Source: Alphaproteobacteria bacterium
GTDB lineage: Bacteria; Pseudomonadota; Alphaproteobacteria; RF32; CAG-239
Assembly (NCBI GenBank): GCA_045634545.1
Contig: JAZRAL010000004.1
Span: 2,359 to 66,358 of the forward strand
Direction of reading: 5' to 3'
Length of the DNA: 64,000 nt
Position 1 is the first letter of the stretch. Every line of letters begins with the position of its first letter. The notes below the pieces were generated by a model. It searched no databases and had not been told where the DNA came from. It saw nothing but the letters and a program-made list of their open reading frames with translations. The position numbers and the translations under genes are program-made. Of the stretch, positions 35,662 through 45,827 are shown one piece after another.

Positions 35662-36354
35662 ATGAAAATAAAACTTTTGACAACATCTCTTTTAGTTAGT
35701 TTGTTTTTTTCATCTGTTTGCTTTGCTCAAATATTAGATGATGATTTTGGTAGCAAAACCACAAGCAAGACAGAAGAAGAGCTTCAAACAGAAAAAGAAG
35801 CGTTGTTTGACGAAATGTTTGGTGATTATACAGAAAAAGCCCTTGAAACTACTAATGAAAACAATGGAGAGCTTGAAGAATTTGCAACTGAATTAGCTGA
35901 CCACATGAAAAAGGTTAACATTATTGACCCTAGATTAAAAGCAAAAGAGCAACGATTAGCTGAAAATAAAAAACCAACAGAGGGTGAATTATATATTGGT
36001 GTTTCAAAAGGTAGCTTTAGATTATTTAAGGATATTGTCGGAAAAATGAAATGCTCTTTTGGTGTAACACTAAAATCTACCTTAAATAAGGAAATTAATA
36101 ATTTTTCTCTAAGATTAATATATCCTCACGGAACATATGCTTTTATTTTTAGAGACATAAAAGCTGGTGGAAGTGATGAGCGATTTATCACGACTAGTGG
36201 TGATATTTGCTACAATCTTTCAGGTGTTCCAGATATTGACATTAATAGGTGTAGGATTTATGGGGCCTCAGAGAAAGAATGTGCAAAAAGGCTAATTTGG
36301 GATGAGCAAATAGAGTCCCCTGATATGTCGAAAAATCCTTATATTAAAAAATAA
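35662..36354 (+). CDS. Secreted protein with a four-Cys domain (paralog-like)
   Basis: Signal peptide (CFA-Q); acidic helical N-part; shared Cys pattern. Confidence 0.7.
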   Translation: MKIKLLTTSLLVSLFFSSVCFAQILDDDFGSKTTSKTEEELQTEKEALFDEMFGDYTEKALETTNENNGELEEFATELADHMKKVNIIDPRLKAKEQRLAENKKPTEGELYIGVSKGSFRLFKDIVGKMKCSFGVTLKSTLNKEINNFSLRLIYPHGTYAFIFRDIKAGGSDERFITTSGDICYNLSGVPDIDINRCRIYGASEKECAKRLIWDEQIESPDMSKNPYIKK

Positions 36355-36377
36355 GTCCTGTAAAAAGGGCTTTTTTT
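36353..36377 (+). terminator. Intrinsic terminator
   Basis: AAGTCCT-GTAAAA-AGGGCTT followed by a T run, directly after the stop at 36354. Confidence 0.65.
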
Positions 36378-36621
36378 GTTTCGAATCTAAAAAACTTGTT
36401 TTTGCCTAAAAAATATGATATACTGGAGATGGTAAAGTATATTTAGGTCGTTATTTTGTTTTGGTATTTTTGTGTTTGTTTTCATTTTTTAAGTTTGAGT
36501 TTTCTCTTTCTTTGATGATTTAACAGGTATGAAATTATTGGAGCATTAATGCTTAAACAATAACTTTGCTATATGTTTAACAATAAAGGAGGAGACACCT
36601 CTTGAAAAACTGTAATAAAAA

Positions 36622-37008
36622 ATGGAATTCTTGATTGTGATTGTAGTGGGGCTAATTGTCTGTGGTATTGTATCTACAATAATACCAAAGGAGATAATTT
36701 ACGCCATTATTTTGGCAATTTTGTGTGGATGGCTATCAACAAAATTGCTTGTGTATGTTGATGCAAAAGTTGCTTTTTCAAGCAAATACTTTTTCCCAAG
36801 CATTGTTGGATTTATCCATAGCTTAGGTTGGAGTGTAAAAATGACTTGCTTTATATCTTCATCACTATTTTTCTTAGTGACAGGTATTGGCAAGTTCTTT
36901 GGAAAGGCGCTGCTTGTGTTAATCGGTCTAGCAGTGTTGTTACTCGTTGTAACATTGTTTGTTTGGTTCATTGTGCAGTTTAGCACAGGACTTGCCGGTA
37001 ATTTATAA
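36622..37008 (+). CDS. Small hydrophobic membrane protein (about 4 TM), orphan
   Basis: 128 aa, almost entirely hydrophobic; flanked by long intergenic gaps. Confidence 0.55.
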   Translation: MEFLIVIVVGLIVCGIVSTIIPKEIIYAIILAILCGWLSTKLLVYVDAKVAFSSKYFFPSIVGFIHSLGWSVKMTCFISSSLFFLVTGIGKFFGKALLVLIGLAVLLLVVTLFVWFIVQFSTGLAGNL

Positions 37009-37143
37009 CAATTAGGGTTGTTTTTTGGGTTTTTAAACCTAAAGAACAACTCTTTTTTTTGGTTTGATTAGTTGATTTTTTACTATTATGTTGTTAATAA
37101 TAGTTTAGTTTAATTAAAGCTTTAATTTTATAAGAGGAAAAAA

Positions 37144-37878
37144 ATGGAAACAGGTGTTGCAACAGAAACTGTTAATCAACTTTCTATGTGGAGTATGGTG
37201 TGGTCTTCTGACCTTGTTACTAAAGCAGTTATGATTGGTTTAATTGCTGCTTCGGTTTGGTCTTGGGCTATTATTTTTGAAAAATTCAATACATTAAGAA
37301 ATGTAAAGAGACTATCAAAAACTTTTGAAGAAAGATTTTGGTCTGGTGGTTCTTTAGATAAATTGTATGACTCTATTGGAAACCCTCAAGACCCTATGTC
37401 TGCTATGTTTATTGCGGCGATGAAAGAATGGCGCAGAACAAATATTATGAAATCTAAAACTGACAGAGGTTTAAGAGGTGTTTCTCTACAACAAAGAATC
37501 GAAAAAGCCATGATGGTTTCTATGGATAAGGAACTTGATGAGTTAGATAACAACTTAGGATTTTTAGCTTCTACAGGTTCTGTTGCGCCTTTAGTTGGTT
37601 TGTTTGGTACTGTTTGGGGAATTATTGCTTGTTTTAATGCTATTGCTGTTACTCAAAGCAACTCTTTGACATCTATTGCTCCTGGTATTGCTGAAGCTTT
37701 GTTTACCACCGCATTTGGTTTGATTGCTGCTATTCCTGCTTATGTTGCTTATAACATCATTACTTCTGACATTGAAAGATATGCAAAGAAGCTTGAAAAC
37801 TTTTTAGCTGAATTTTCTAGTATTTTATCTAGAGAAATTGACGACAATGCAATTAGAGCTGAAATGGCGGGAGAATAA
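37144..37878 (+). CDS. tolQ: TolQ
   Basis: SVWSWAIIFEK, FLASTGSVAPLVGLFGTVWGI, APGIAEAL.TTA.GL.AAIPA. Confidence 0.93.
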   Translation: METGVATETVNQLSMWSMVWSSDLVTKAVMIGLIAASVWSWAIIFEKFNTLRNVKRLSKTFEERFWSGGSLDKLYDSIGNPQDPMSAMFIAAMKEWRRTNIMKSKTDRGLRGVSLQQRIEKAMMVSMDKELDELDNNLGFLASTGSVAPLVGLFGTVWGIIACFNAIAVTQSNSLTSIAPGIAEALFTTAFGLIAAIPAYVAYNIITSDIERYAKKLENFLAEFSSILSREIDDNAIRAEMAGE

Positions 37879-37883
37879 ACACT

Positions 37884-38309
37884 ATGCCTGTTATAAATGG
37901 AAGAAACACAAGAAGAGCTAGCCGTCGTAATGCAAACATAAATATGACAAACCTAATGGACGTTATGATGGTTTTGCTTGTTGTGTTTATGGTGGCTGCG
38001 CCTTTGATGACTTCTGGTATTCCTCTTGATTTACCTAAAGTTGGTGGCGGTACTCTTAATGGAAAAGATACATCCATCAATATTAGTGTTGATAAAGATG
38101 GTTTGTATTATATCGGACAAAGTGTTATTGAGCCTGATACTATAATTGACAAGATTATGGCTATTAAAGGGGAAAATAAAGACGTTACCATTACAATTTC
38201 TGGCGACCAATCATCTTACTATGGTAGTGTTATTGGCTTGATGGCAATGCTTAAAGACGCTGGTTTTAGTAAAGTTGGCTTGAAAACAGAAGCAAGAAGA
38301 AAACAATAG
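37884..38309 (+). CDS. tolR: TolR/ExbD
   Basis: INMTNLMDVMMVLLVVFMVAAP, ISGD...YG.V. Confidence 0.9.
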   Translation: MPVINGRNTRRASRRNANINMTNLMDVMMVLLVVFMVAAPLMTSGIPLDLPKVGGGTLNGKDTSINISVDKDGLYYIGQSVIEPDTIIDKIMAIKGENKDVTITISGDQSSYYGSVIGLMAMLKDAGFSKVGLKTEARRKQ

Positions 38310-38323
38310 GAACATAACAAATA

Positions 38324-39340
38324 ATGCAAAAAAGGTTTTTATATCATTCAGTTGCTTTGCACATAGTAGTTTTTTTACTATGTGTGTTTGATATACCTTT
38401 TTTGACAGGCAAACCTGAGTTTGAAGAACAACCTCCTATTATTGTTAATCTTGAAGATGTTAAAATTTCTGATGTAACAAACATTCCGGAAAAAGCTGAA
38501 CACGGCGAAGAAAGAAAAGCTGCAACAAGAAAGGAAAAGCCTAATCAAGAAGTAGCTCAAAAAGTAACTCCTCCAAAAGTAGAAGCGCCTGAAATCACAA
38601 AAGAACCAAAACCTGAAATTGAAGAACAAGAGATAAAATCTCCTTCTTTAATTGAAGATAATTCTAAATTTGAAGAAAAAAATAAAGAACCAAAAAAAGA
38701 ATCCAAAGAACCTATAAAAGAAAAGAAAAAACCGGCGCCTATTCCTCAAAAGAAACCTCAAGTTAAACCAGCTAAAAAGCCTGAGCAAAAAAAGAAACCT
38801 AGCGCTAACAAACAAGCATCAACACCTACTCAGAAGACTAAAAACAAACCTGTTGCGACAGCAAATCCTTTAGCAAGTTTAATGAACTCTGTTGATGATT
38901 TACAAAAGCAAATTGGTGAAGAAGATAGCTTAGCTAAAGTTCCTTTTGATGAACCAGTAAATAATATGGGAATCGAAGGAGGTAATTCTAAAGGTTCTTA
39001 CTTTAGCGAATTATCTGTTTCTGGAATTGATTTTGTAAAATCTAAAATCCAAGAAAGTTGGAAGACTATTGCTGGTGGTAAAGACGATAGAAATATCGAG
39101 GTTGTAATTAATGTTAAGCTCACTAAAGAAGGTTTAATCCAATCTGTAAATATTGAAGATATGGGAAGATATCGTTCTGACACATATTTCCAAGCCCTTG
39201 CTGATAGCGCAGAAAGAGCTATACATATTGCGCAAGATGTTCATGAAGTATTCAAAGTTTTATCAAGACAAAATGGCTCTAGTTACAACGATTGGAAAGA
39301 TATTAGATTTACATTTACGCCACTTGGTCTAGCTAAATAA
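38324..39340 (+). CDS. tolA: TolA-like energy transducer
   Basis: N-terminal TM SVALHIVV, P/K/E-rich linker, C-terminal domain ...ADSAERAI...W; follows tolQR. Confidence 0.85.
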   Translation: MQKRFLYHSVALHIVVFLLCVFDIPFLTGKPEFEEQPPIIVNLEDVKISDVTNIPEKAEHGEERKAATRKEKPNQEVAQKVTPPKVEAPEITKEPKPEIEEQEIKSPSLIEDNSKFEEKNKEPKKESKEPIKEKKKPAPIPQKKPQVKPAKKPEQKKKPSANKQASTPTQKTKNKPVATANPLASLMNSVDDLQKQIGEEDSLAKVPFDEPVNNMGIEGGNSKGSYFSELSVSGIDFVKSKIQESWKTIAGGKDDRNIEVVINVKLTKEGLIQSVNIEDMGRYRSDTYFQALADSAERAIHIAQDVHEVFKVLSRQNGSSYNDWKDIRFTFTPLGLAK

Positions 39341-39952
39341 TTATACATTTATTCTATAACCATTATTTTCAGTGATAATTATTTGACTGCCTTTTTTTTG
39401 CTCTACTTTTTGGCGTAAGCGGTAGATATGTGTTTCTATTGTATGTGTTGTCATTTCCGCACAATAACCCCATACATTTTCTAACAATTCTTCTTTGCTG
39501 ATTGTTATATTTTGATTATCATAAAGGTATTTTAGAATCTTTACCTCTTTTTCTGTTAATTTTATCACGTCATTTGTTTTTGATGATACAATCTCTTTTT
39601 TTACTGGATAGAAGCTATATTCTTTAAACACCAAACATTCTTTACGACGAATCTTTGGAAGCATCTTACCATCTTTTAAAGAGCTTAACACTGATACCAT
39701 TGAAAAAGGCTTTAATATTACAACATCTGCAAACTCTGACGAATCTATAAATTTTGAAAAAAGCACTATTGGAATTGAGGTATTTTCTTCTGAGATTGAT
39801 TTTAAGATCTTTTCGTCTTCATCAATAAAATATAAATCTACATCTTGTTCTTTTTCTAAAACAACTTCTGTTTCAGGTAAAATTATTTGTATTTGACGAG
39901 CAAAGTCTTCTGCAAATACGGTATTTTTTGAAAATATGCTTATTTTTTTCAT
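39341..39952 (-). CDS. OmpR-family regulator with an atypical receiver domain
   Basis: Winged helix LTEKE..IL, ELLENVWGY, HTIETHIYRLRQK; receiver keeps D and KPF but lacks the acidic pocket. Confidence 0.85.
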   Translation of the reverse strand: MKKISIFSKNTVFAEDFARQIQIILPETEVVLEKEQDVDLYFIDEDEKILKSISEENTSIPIVLFSKFIDSSEFADVVILKPFSMVSVLSSLKDGKMLPKIRRKECLVFKEYSFYPVKKEIVSSKTNDVIKLTEKEVKILKYLYDNQNITISKEELLENVWGYCAEMTTHTIETHIYRLRQKVEQKKGSQIIITENNGYRINV

Positions 39953-41034
39953 ATTGATAACTCCATACCAAGGATAACTGCATAACCTTTTGTCTTTGTT
40001 TCTGATGAAGAATCTAATCTTGCAACAGTTAAAGATAGTGATGTTTCTTTGTTGTATTGATAACTGTTAGAAAAACTAAAAATCTTATCACGATTGTTAA
40101 ATTTATCTGACTTAGAATCGAAGAAAGATACTCCTGTTGTAAACGGTCCTATTTCATAACTTAAACCAATATTATATGCTTTAGCATCTCTATATCCATC
40201 ATCTAGATTTGTAGCGTCTAATTTGTAATGACTATTACTAGAATCGGTTTTACGATATGATGCACCCAAAGTCCAACCTTTGCGATATAAACTAAAACCT
40301 AAAGAGTATTCTTTATCATTATCATTAAACTCTGCAAAACCTAATGATGTTTCTATTTCTAGACCAAGCGCATACCAAAAACCATATGCACCTAAAACAT
40401 ATGCATCATTATTTTTATACGGCGCATATTTTGAAACCAACCCCGATTGGCTATATGTTTCTGGGATATATGTTGCACCAACTTTTACACCTTTATATGA
40501 TGGGGTTATATAGTTGATTTTTGGCGACGCCCCATCTGTGTTTATGTAGGTCGAATTTAGGGTTTTATATGATGAGTTTTTACCTTTTTTGTACCAATTG
40601 GGGCTTGTTATGAAGTTCAAGATATCGCTATTATTTACTCTATATGAGCCAATGTTTGGAGCACCTACGGCAAAATTATACGCAACATTATAGTCTTGAC
40701 CGATAGATATTTCACCAAATGGGCTTTCTAGTAAAGCAAAAATTTCTTCGCCCCAGTAACCTTGATTGTAATTTTCTATTTCTTTTGCGCTATCTATCAT
40801 AAAATAGCCCATTAATGATGCTTTATAATTAGAATCGAAGTCATAAGAAACTCTGGTAAAAGCATTCAAACTTGAGTTTATATTATTTTCTTTATAAGGA
40901 GCTAATTTGGGCGAGCTATAGTTTGTATAACCATATGATGCACCAAGGCTTATTGCATAATCTGTCTCAAAACCTTTTGCAAACGCTTGATTTACAAAAC
41001 AAAATAAAGCTATAAATAAAGTTAATGACCTCAT
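39949..41034 (-). CDS. Porin (Gram-negative porin family)
   Basis: Signal peptide AFA-K, FGEISIG, KINYITPSYKGVKVGATY, alternating beta-strands. Confidence 0.8.
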   Translation of the reverse strand: MRSLTLFIALFCFVNQAFAKGFETDYAISLGASYGYTNYSSPKLAPYKENNINSSLNAFTRVSYDFDSNYKASLMGYFMIDSAKEIENYNQGYWGEEIFALLESPFGEISIGQDYNVAYNFAVGAPNIGSYRVNNSDILNFITSPNWYKKGKNSSYKTLNSTYINTDGASPKINYITPSYKGVKVGATYIPETYSQSGLVSKYAPYKNNDAYVLGAYGFWYALGLEIETSLGFAEFNDNDKEYSLGFSLYRKGWTLGASYRKTDSSNSHYKLDATNLDDGYRDAKAYNIGLSYEIGPFTTGVSFFDSKSDKFNNRDKIFSFSNSYQYNKETSLSLTVARLDSSSETKTKGYAVILGMELSI

Positions 41035-41206
41035 TTGAAACCTTTAAAAAAATATTTTCTCAAAAAGTAATATAAAACTATCTTTTTGTCTTAACAAGAC
41101 TTATATTGTTTATATCTTAAAAAAATATGGATAAATATAAAGCATTCTGTTTTAAAGTGTTTTATAAGGTGTAATATAACATAAAAATTTATAATGGAGA
41201 TTAAAT

Positions 41207-42736
41207 ATGCAAAAACCTGTTATGCTTTTAATTTTGGATGGATGGGGATATAGAGAACCAATTACTGATGATAATGCTATTGAGAAAGGATATACTCCTA
41301 ACTGGCATTATCTTATTGATAAGTATCCACACTGCTTTGTAGAAACATCTGGTTTAGATGTTGGACTTCCTGATGGGCAAATGGGTAACTCTGAAGTTGG
41401 ACACACAAACTTGGGTGCCGGTCGAGTAGTTATGCAAGATTTACCAAAAATTGACCTTGCAATAAAAGATGGTTCAATAAAACAAAATGCTGTTTTGATT
41501 GACATGATAAACAAACTAAAAGAAACCAAAGGCACTTGCCATTTAATGGGATTAATGTCTCCTGGTGGCGTTCACTCTCATCAAAAACATATTGAAGCAA
41601 TGTGTGAAATACTAAACGAAAATGGTATTAATGTTGATGTTCATGCATTTTTAGATGGTAGAGATACTCCACCTCAATCTGCAAAAGAGTTTTTGAAAGA
41701 ATTTGAAGAAAACACAAAGAATCTTGAAAAAGTAAAAGTTGCAACTATCTCTGGTCGTTTTTATGCAATGGATAGAGATAAACGTTGGGATAGAGTTGAA
41801 AAAGCTTATAACAACATTGTTTTAGCTGATGGTCAAAGATTTAGTTCTTCTGAAGAGGCAATTAAGAGCTCTTACGAAAATGGTGTTACAGACGAGTTTG
41901 TTGTACCTTGTGTTGTTGGTAACTACAATGGTGCAAAAGATGGTGATGCTGTTTTAATGATTAACTATAGAGCCGATAGAGCAAGAGAAATTATGTACAC
42001 TCTTGGTGATAGCGAATTTAATGGATTTGAAAGAAAGAAAATCATTAACTTTACAGACGTTGTTGGTATGACAGAATATTCTGTTGACCACACTCGTTTT
42101 ATGAAGGTTATTTTTGGCCCTGAAAGTTTGACTAATATCTTTGGTGAAGTTGTTGCAAATAATGGGCTTACTCAACTTAGAATCGCAGAAACAGAGAAAT
42201 ATGCTCACGTTACATTCTTCTTTAATGGTGGTGAAGAGAAAGAGTTCAAAGGCGAAGAACGAATCCTTATTAATAGCCCTAAAGTTGCTACATATGACTT
42301 GAAGCCAGAAATGAGTGTTTATGAAGTTACTGAAGCTTTAACTGATGCTATTAGAAAACAAAAGTATGATGTTATTATTTGTAACTTTGCAAATGGTGAT
42401 ATGGTTGGTCATACAGGTATTATGGACGCAGCATTAAAAGCTGTTGAAGCTGTTGACGAATGCTTAGGCGAAGTTATGAGCGCTATTAAAGAAGTTGATG
42501 GAGTGCTTTTGGTTACTGCAGACCATGGTAATGCTGAAAAGATGGTTGATGAACAAACTGGCGAACCATATACCGCTCATACTGTTGGTAAAGTTCAAGC
42601 TGTTTTGTATAATGCAAATCAAGATATTAAAGCTATGAACAATGGCAGATTAGCTGATATTGCTCCAACTCTTCTTGATTTAATGAATATTGAAAAACCA
42701 GTTGAAATGACAGGTAATTCATTGATTGTGAAGTAA
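41207..42736 (+). CDS. gpmI: 2,3-bisphosphoglycerate-independent phosphoglycerate mutase
   Basis: LLILDGWG, QMGNSEVGH, AETEKYAHVTFFFNGG, NGDMVGHTG, TADHGNAE. Confidence 0.98.
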   Translation: MQKPVMLLILDGWGYREPITDDNAIEKGYTPNWHYLIDKYPHCFVETSGLDVGLPDGQMGNSEVGHTNLGAGRVVMQDLPKIDLAIKDGSIKQNAVLIDMINKLKETKGTCHLMGLMSPGGVHSHQKHIEAMCEILNENGINVDVHAFLDGRDTPPQSAKEFLKEFEENTKNLEKVKVATISGRFYAMDRDKRWDRVEKAYNNIVLADGQRFSSSEEAIKSSYENGVTDEFVVPCVVGNYNGAKDGDAVLMINYRADRAREIMYTLGDSEFNGFERKKIINFTDVVGMTEYSVDHTRFMKVIFGPESLTNIFGEVVANNGLTQLRIAETEKYAHVTFFFNGGEEKEFKGEERILINSPKVATYDLKPEMSVYEVTEALTDAIRKQKYDVIICNFANGDMVGHTGIMDAALKAVEAVDECLGEVMSAIKEVDGVLLVTADHGNAEKMVDEQTGEPYTAHTVGKVQAVLYNANQDIKAMNNGRLADIAPTLLDLMNIEKPVEMTGNSLIVK

Positions 42737-42737
42737 T

Positions 42738-43976
42738 ATGAAAAAGATATATCTTGGCATAACTTTTCTCTTAATTAACCTTAGCTTTGGTATTGAGTTG
42801 GGTTATGCCAAAGATGTATCTGAAAAAGAAGTAAAACAACTTGAAGAAGAAGCTAAACAAAAAGCTTTGGAATCGAAAAGACTTCAAGCACAAGCTATTC
42901 AGCTAAACCTTGAATTATCTAAAATGGATAAAAATTCTATTTCTTTAGCAAAAGAGATTCAAGAAAACGAATCTAAAATTTCTAAACTTGAGGAAGATTT
43001 ATCTAAGCTAAAAGAAGATGTAAAAATTAAAGAAAGTGAATTTGTGAAAGAAAACAAATCCCTTGTTTTGATGCTAGCATCTTTGCAAAACATGTCTTTA
43101 AATCCTTCTGAATCGGTTATATTACAACCTCATTCACCAATTGATATTATTAGAAGTGCCATATTGCTAAGAGAGACAATACCTTTTATTGATAAAAAAT
43201 CATCAGCGATTAAAGTTGATTTGGATATATTATATAATAAAAAGATGAAAATAGAATCTAAGGTGAACGAAATTCAATCTAGGCAAAAAAATCTAGAAAA
43301 ACAGCAAATCAACATGAAAGACTTGCTAAAAAAGAAATCTAAACTCAGAAAAGAAGTAGCTAGCAAAGGTGCTGAAACACAAAAACTTGCAGAAAACTTA
43401 TCTTCTAAAGCTAAAGATTTAAGAGATCTTTTAGAAGAGTTAGAAAGACAAAAAGAAATTGAACGTAAAAAAAGAGAAGAAGCGGAACGTTTAGCTAGAT
43501 TAAAAAGACAGCAAGAGCTTAATAAAAACAAAGTTGCTCAAACTGTTGACTCTAAAACCCATGACACCATAAAAGAACAAATTAAAGGGGGAAGATTTGA
43601 GAGGGCAAAAGGAATGCTCTCAAGACCTTGCGCTGGCCCCGTTGTTACGGAGTATGGACAAGCTATTTCTAAAGGTGTTACTTCAAAAGGAATTATTTAT
43701 AAAACACGTCCTATGGCGCAAGTAATTGCTCCATATGATGGAACTGTTATTTTTTCTGGTCCATTTAAAGGATATGGTAATATTATTATAGTAGAACATG
43801 GTGATGGATATCTATCTTTACTTGCAGGGTTGGGTAGTATTGATTGTGAAGTTGGGCAAATGCTTTTAGCAGGTGAACCTGTTGGAACTATGCCTAATGG
43901 AAACGATACTAAACTATATCTTGAGATAAGAAAGAATAGACAACCTATTAACCCAAAACCTTGGGTTGCCGGCTAA
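42738..43976 (+). CDS. envC: Murein hydrolase activator EnvC (coiled coil + M23-like)
   Basis: Signal peptide, long coiled coil, APYDGTVIFSGPFKGYG..IIVEHGDG, LYLEIR. Confidence 0.9.
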   Translation: MKKIYLGITFLLINLSFGIELGYAKDVSEKEVKQLEEEAKQKALESKRLQAQAIQLNLELSKMDKNSISLAKEIQENESKISKLEEDLSKLKEDVKIKESEFVKENKSLVLMLASLQNMSLNPSESVILQPHSPIDIIRSAILLRETIPFIDKKSSAIKVDLDILYNKKMKIESKVNEIQSRQKNLEKQQINMKDLLKKKSKLRKEVASKGAETQKLAENLSSKAKDLRDLLEELERQKEIERKKREEAERLARLKRQQELNKNKVAQTVDSKTHDTIKEQIKGGRFERAKGMLSRPCAGPVVTEYGQAISKGVTSKGIIYKTRPMAQVIAPYDGTVIFSGPFKGYGNIIIVEHGDGYLSLLAGLGSIDCEVGQMLLAGEPVGTMPNGNDTKLYLEIRKNRQPINPKPWVAG

Positions 43977-43998
43977 TTTTTATTTGATAGGAAAGAAT

Positions 43999-45288
43999 AT
44001 GATAAAAAATAAATTACTTTTTGCCTCTTTGTTTGCGGGATTATTTTTAAACATCGCATCAGTTCAAGCTAGTAAAAAAGCAAATGAAGATATTGATACG
44101 TATGAGTTATTAAATTTGTTTGGTGAAGTTTTAGAAAGAACAAAAATTTCTTATGTTGAGGAAATTACTGATAAAAAATTAATAGAATCTGCTATTAATG
44201 GCATGCTTACTTCTTTAGATCCTCACTCTAGTTATTTGGATGCAAAAAGTTTTAATTATATGAGTGAACAAACCAAGGGAAAATTTGGTGGAGTTGGCAT
44301 TGAAATAACCATGGATAATGGACTTGTTAAGATTGTTTCTCCTATTGATGATACACCTGCGCATAAAGCCGGTATAAAAGCAGGCGATTATATCACACAT
44401 ATTGATGGCGAAACTGTTGTTGGCTTAAGCTTAAATGATGCTGTCAGCAAACTAAGAGGAAAAGTTGGTACAAAAGTAAAACTATCTATTAGAAGAATAA
44501 ACTCTAAGCCTATTGAAGTAGTTATAAAAAGAGAAGAAATAAAAATAGAATCTGTTAAGAGTGAAATAAAAGAAGATTCCATTGCTTATATTAGAATCTC
44601 ATCATTTACAGAGGATATTGATAAAAATGTTACAGACGCTATAGCAAAAGCTAAAAAAGAACTACAAAATAAATTTTTAGGCATTGTAATTGATGTTAGA
44701 AACAACCCTGGCGGACTTTTGGACCAAGCTGTTGAAGTTTCTGACTTATTCTTAGAAAAAGGTGAAATTGTTTCAACTCGTTCTCGTAACGAAAGTGATA
44801 CTGTTAAATTTATGGCAACAGAAGGTGATATTGCTAAAGATTTACCTATTGTTGTTATGATTAATGAAGGCTCTGCATCTGCTTCTGAAATTTTAGCAGG
44901 TGCTTTGCAAGATCACCATAGAGCTATTGTTTTGGGTGAAAAATCTTTTGGCAAAGGTTCTGTTCAAACGGTTATTCCTTTGGGAGATTTTGGCGCTATG
45001 CGTATTACCACCGCTAGATATTACACACCTTCTGGTCGTTCTATTCAAGCAAAGGGTATTGAGCCAGATATTGAGGTGAAACCGGCGAAAATTGAAGAAC
45101 TTGAATCTTATGCATTAAATCTTAGTGAGGCAGATTTGAATAATGCCTTAAAGAATGATGTTGAAGAAGATAAAGATGCAAGAAAGAATATCAAAAAAAC
45201 TAAAGAAGACTTAGCTGACTATCAATTGGTTAGAGCTCTTGATTTAGTAAAAGCTCTATCTTTATATTCTAAATCTTCACAAAACTAA
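43999..45288 (+). CDS. ctpA: C-terminal processing peptidase S41
   Basis: LDPHSSY, PDZ domain (FGGVGIE), DVRNNPGGLL, SASASEI, SFGKGSVQ. Start set at ATG 43999. Confidence 0.95.
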   Translation: MIKNKLLFASLFAGLFLNIASVQASKKANEDIDTYELLNLFGEVLERTKISYVEEITDKKLIESAINGMLTSLDPHSSYLDAKSFNYMSEQTKGKFGGVGIEITMDNGLVKIVSPIDDTPAHKAGIKAGDYITHIDGETVVGLSLNDAVSKLRGKVGTKVKLSIRRINSKPIEVVIKREEIKIESVKSEIKEDSIAYIRISSFTEDIDKNVTDAIAKAKKELQNKFLGIVIDVRNNPGGLLDQAVEVSDLFLEKGEIVSTRSRNESDTVKFMATEGDIAKDLPIVVMINEGSASASEILAGALQDHHRAIVLGEKSFGKGSVQTVIPLGDFGAMRITTARYYTPSGRSIQAKGIEPDIEVKPAKIEELESYALNLSEADLNNALKNDVEEDKDARKNIKKTKEDLADYQLVRALDLVKALSLYSKSSQN

Positions 45289-45298
45289 GGAGTTTTTT

Positions 45299-45784
45299 GT
45301 GGCAAGACAATATAGGAAATGTGCTGGAGCAGTTGTTTTTAACAAAAACGGCCAAGTGTTCTTAGGAAATCGCATAGGATTTAAGGACGCTTGGCAGTTT
45401 CCTCAAGGAGGTGTTGAGGAAAACGAGAGTGTTGTTGATGCTGCCAAAAGAGAACTTTTTGAAGAGACAGGAATAACCTCTGTAGAAGTTGTTTTTACCT
45501 ATGAAAAGCCAATTAAATATGATTTTACCGAAGAAATTAAACAAAAATTTAGAAAAAGGGGAATATTTAATGATGGACAAGAAATTTCGTTTTCGCTGTT
45601 TTATTTTAACGGGGATGATAGTGAGATTAATTTAAATTGCACTTCTGCCGAATTTTTTGAATATAAATGGGAAAATTTTGAGTATGCCATTGAAAACATT
45701 GTTGAATTTAAAAAAGATGTTTACAAACGTATCGGAGAAAAATTTTCACCTATTATTAGACAATATCTAACAATAAACTCTTGA
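45299..45784 (+). CDS. rppH: RNA pyrophosphohydrolase
   Basis: YRKCAG, WQFPQGG, Nudix box REL.EETG, FKKDVY. Confidence 0.9.
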   Translation: MARQYRKCAGAVVFNKNGQVFLGNRIGFKDAWQFPQGGVEENESVVDAAKRELFEETGITSVEVVFTYEKPIKYDFTEEIKQKFRKRGIFNDGQEISFSLFYFNGDDSEINLNCTSAEFFEYKWENFEYAIENIVEFKKDVYKRIGEKFSPIIRQYLTINS

Positions 45785-45827
45785 TAATGACGAGTTTTAA
45801 GCTTAGATTCATACTAAGTGTTTAGAA

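Noticed and set aside
36699-37049. 116-aa minus-strand ORF
   Set aside because: N/T/K-rich mirror of the hydrophobic plus-strand ORF; no RBS.
41088-41100. GTCTT-AAC-AAGAC palindrome between porin and gpmI
   Set aside because: Only 5-bp arms, single occurrence; expected by chance.
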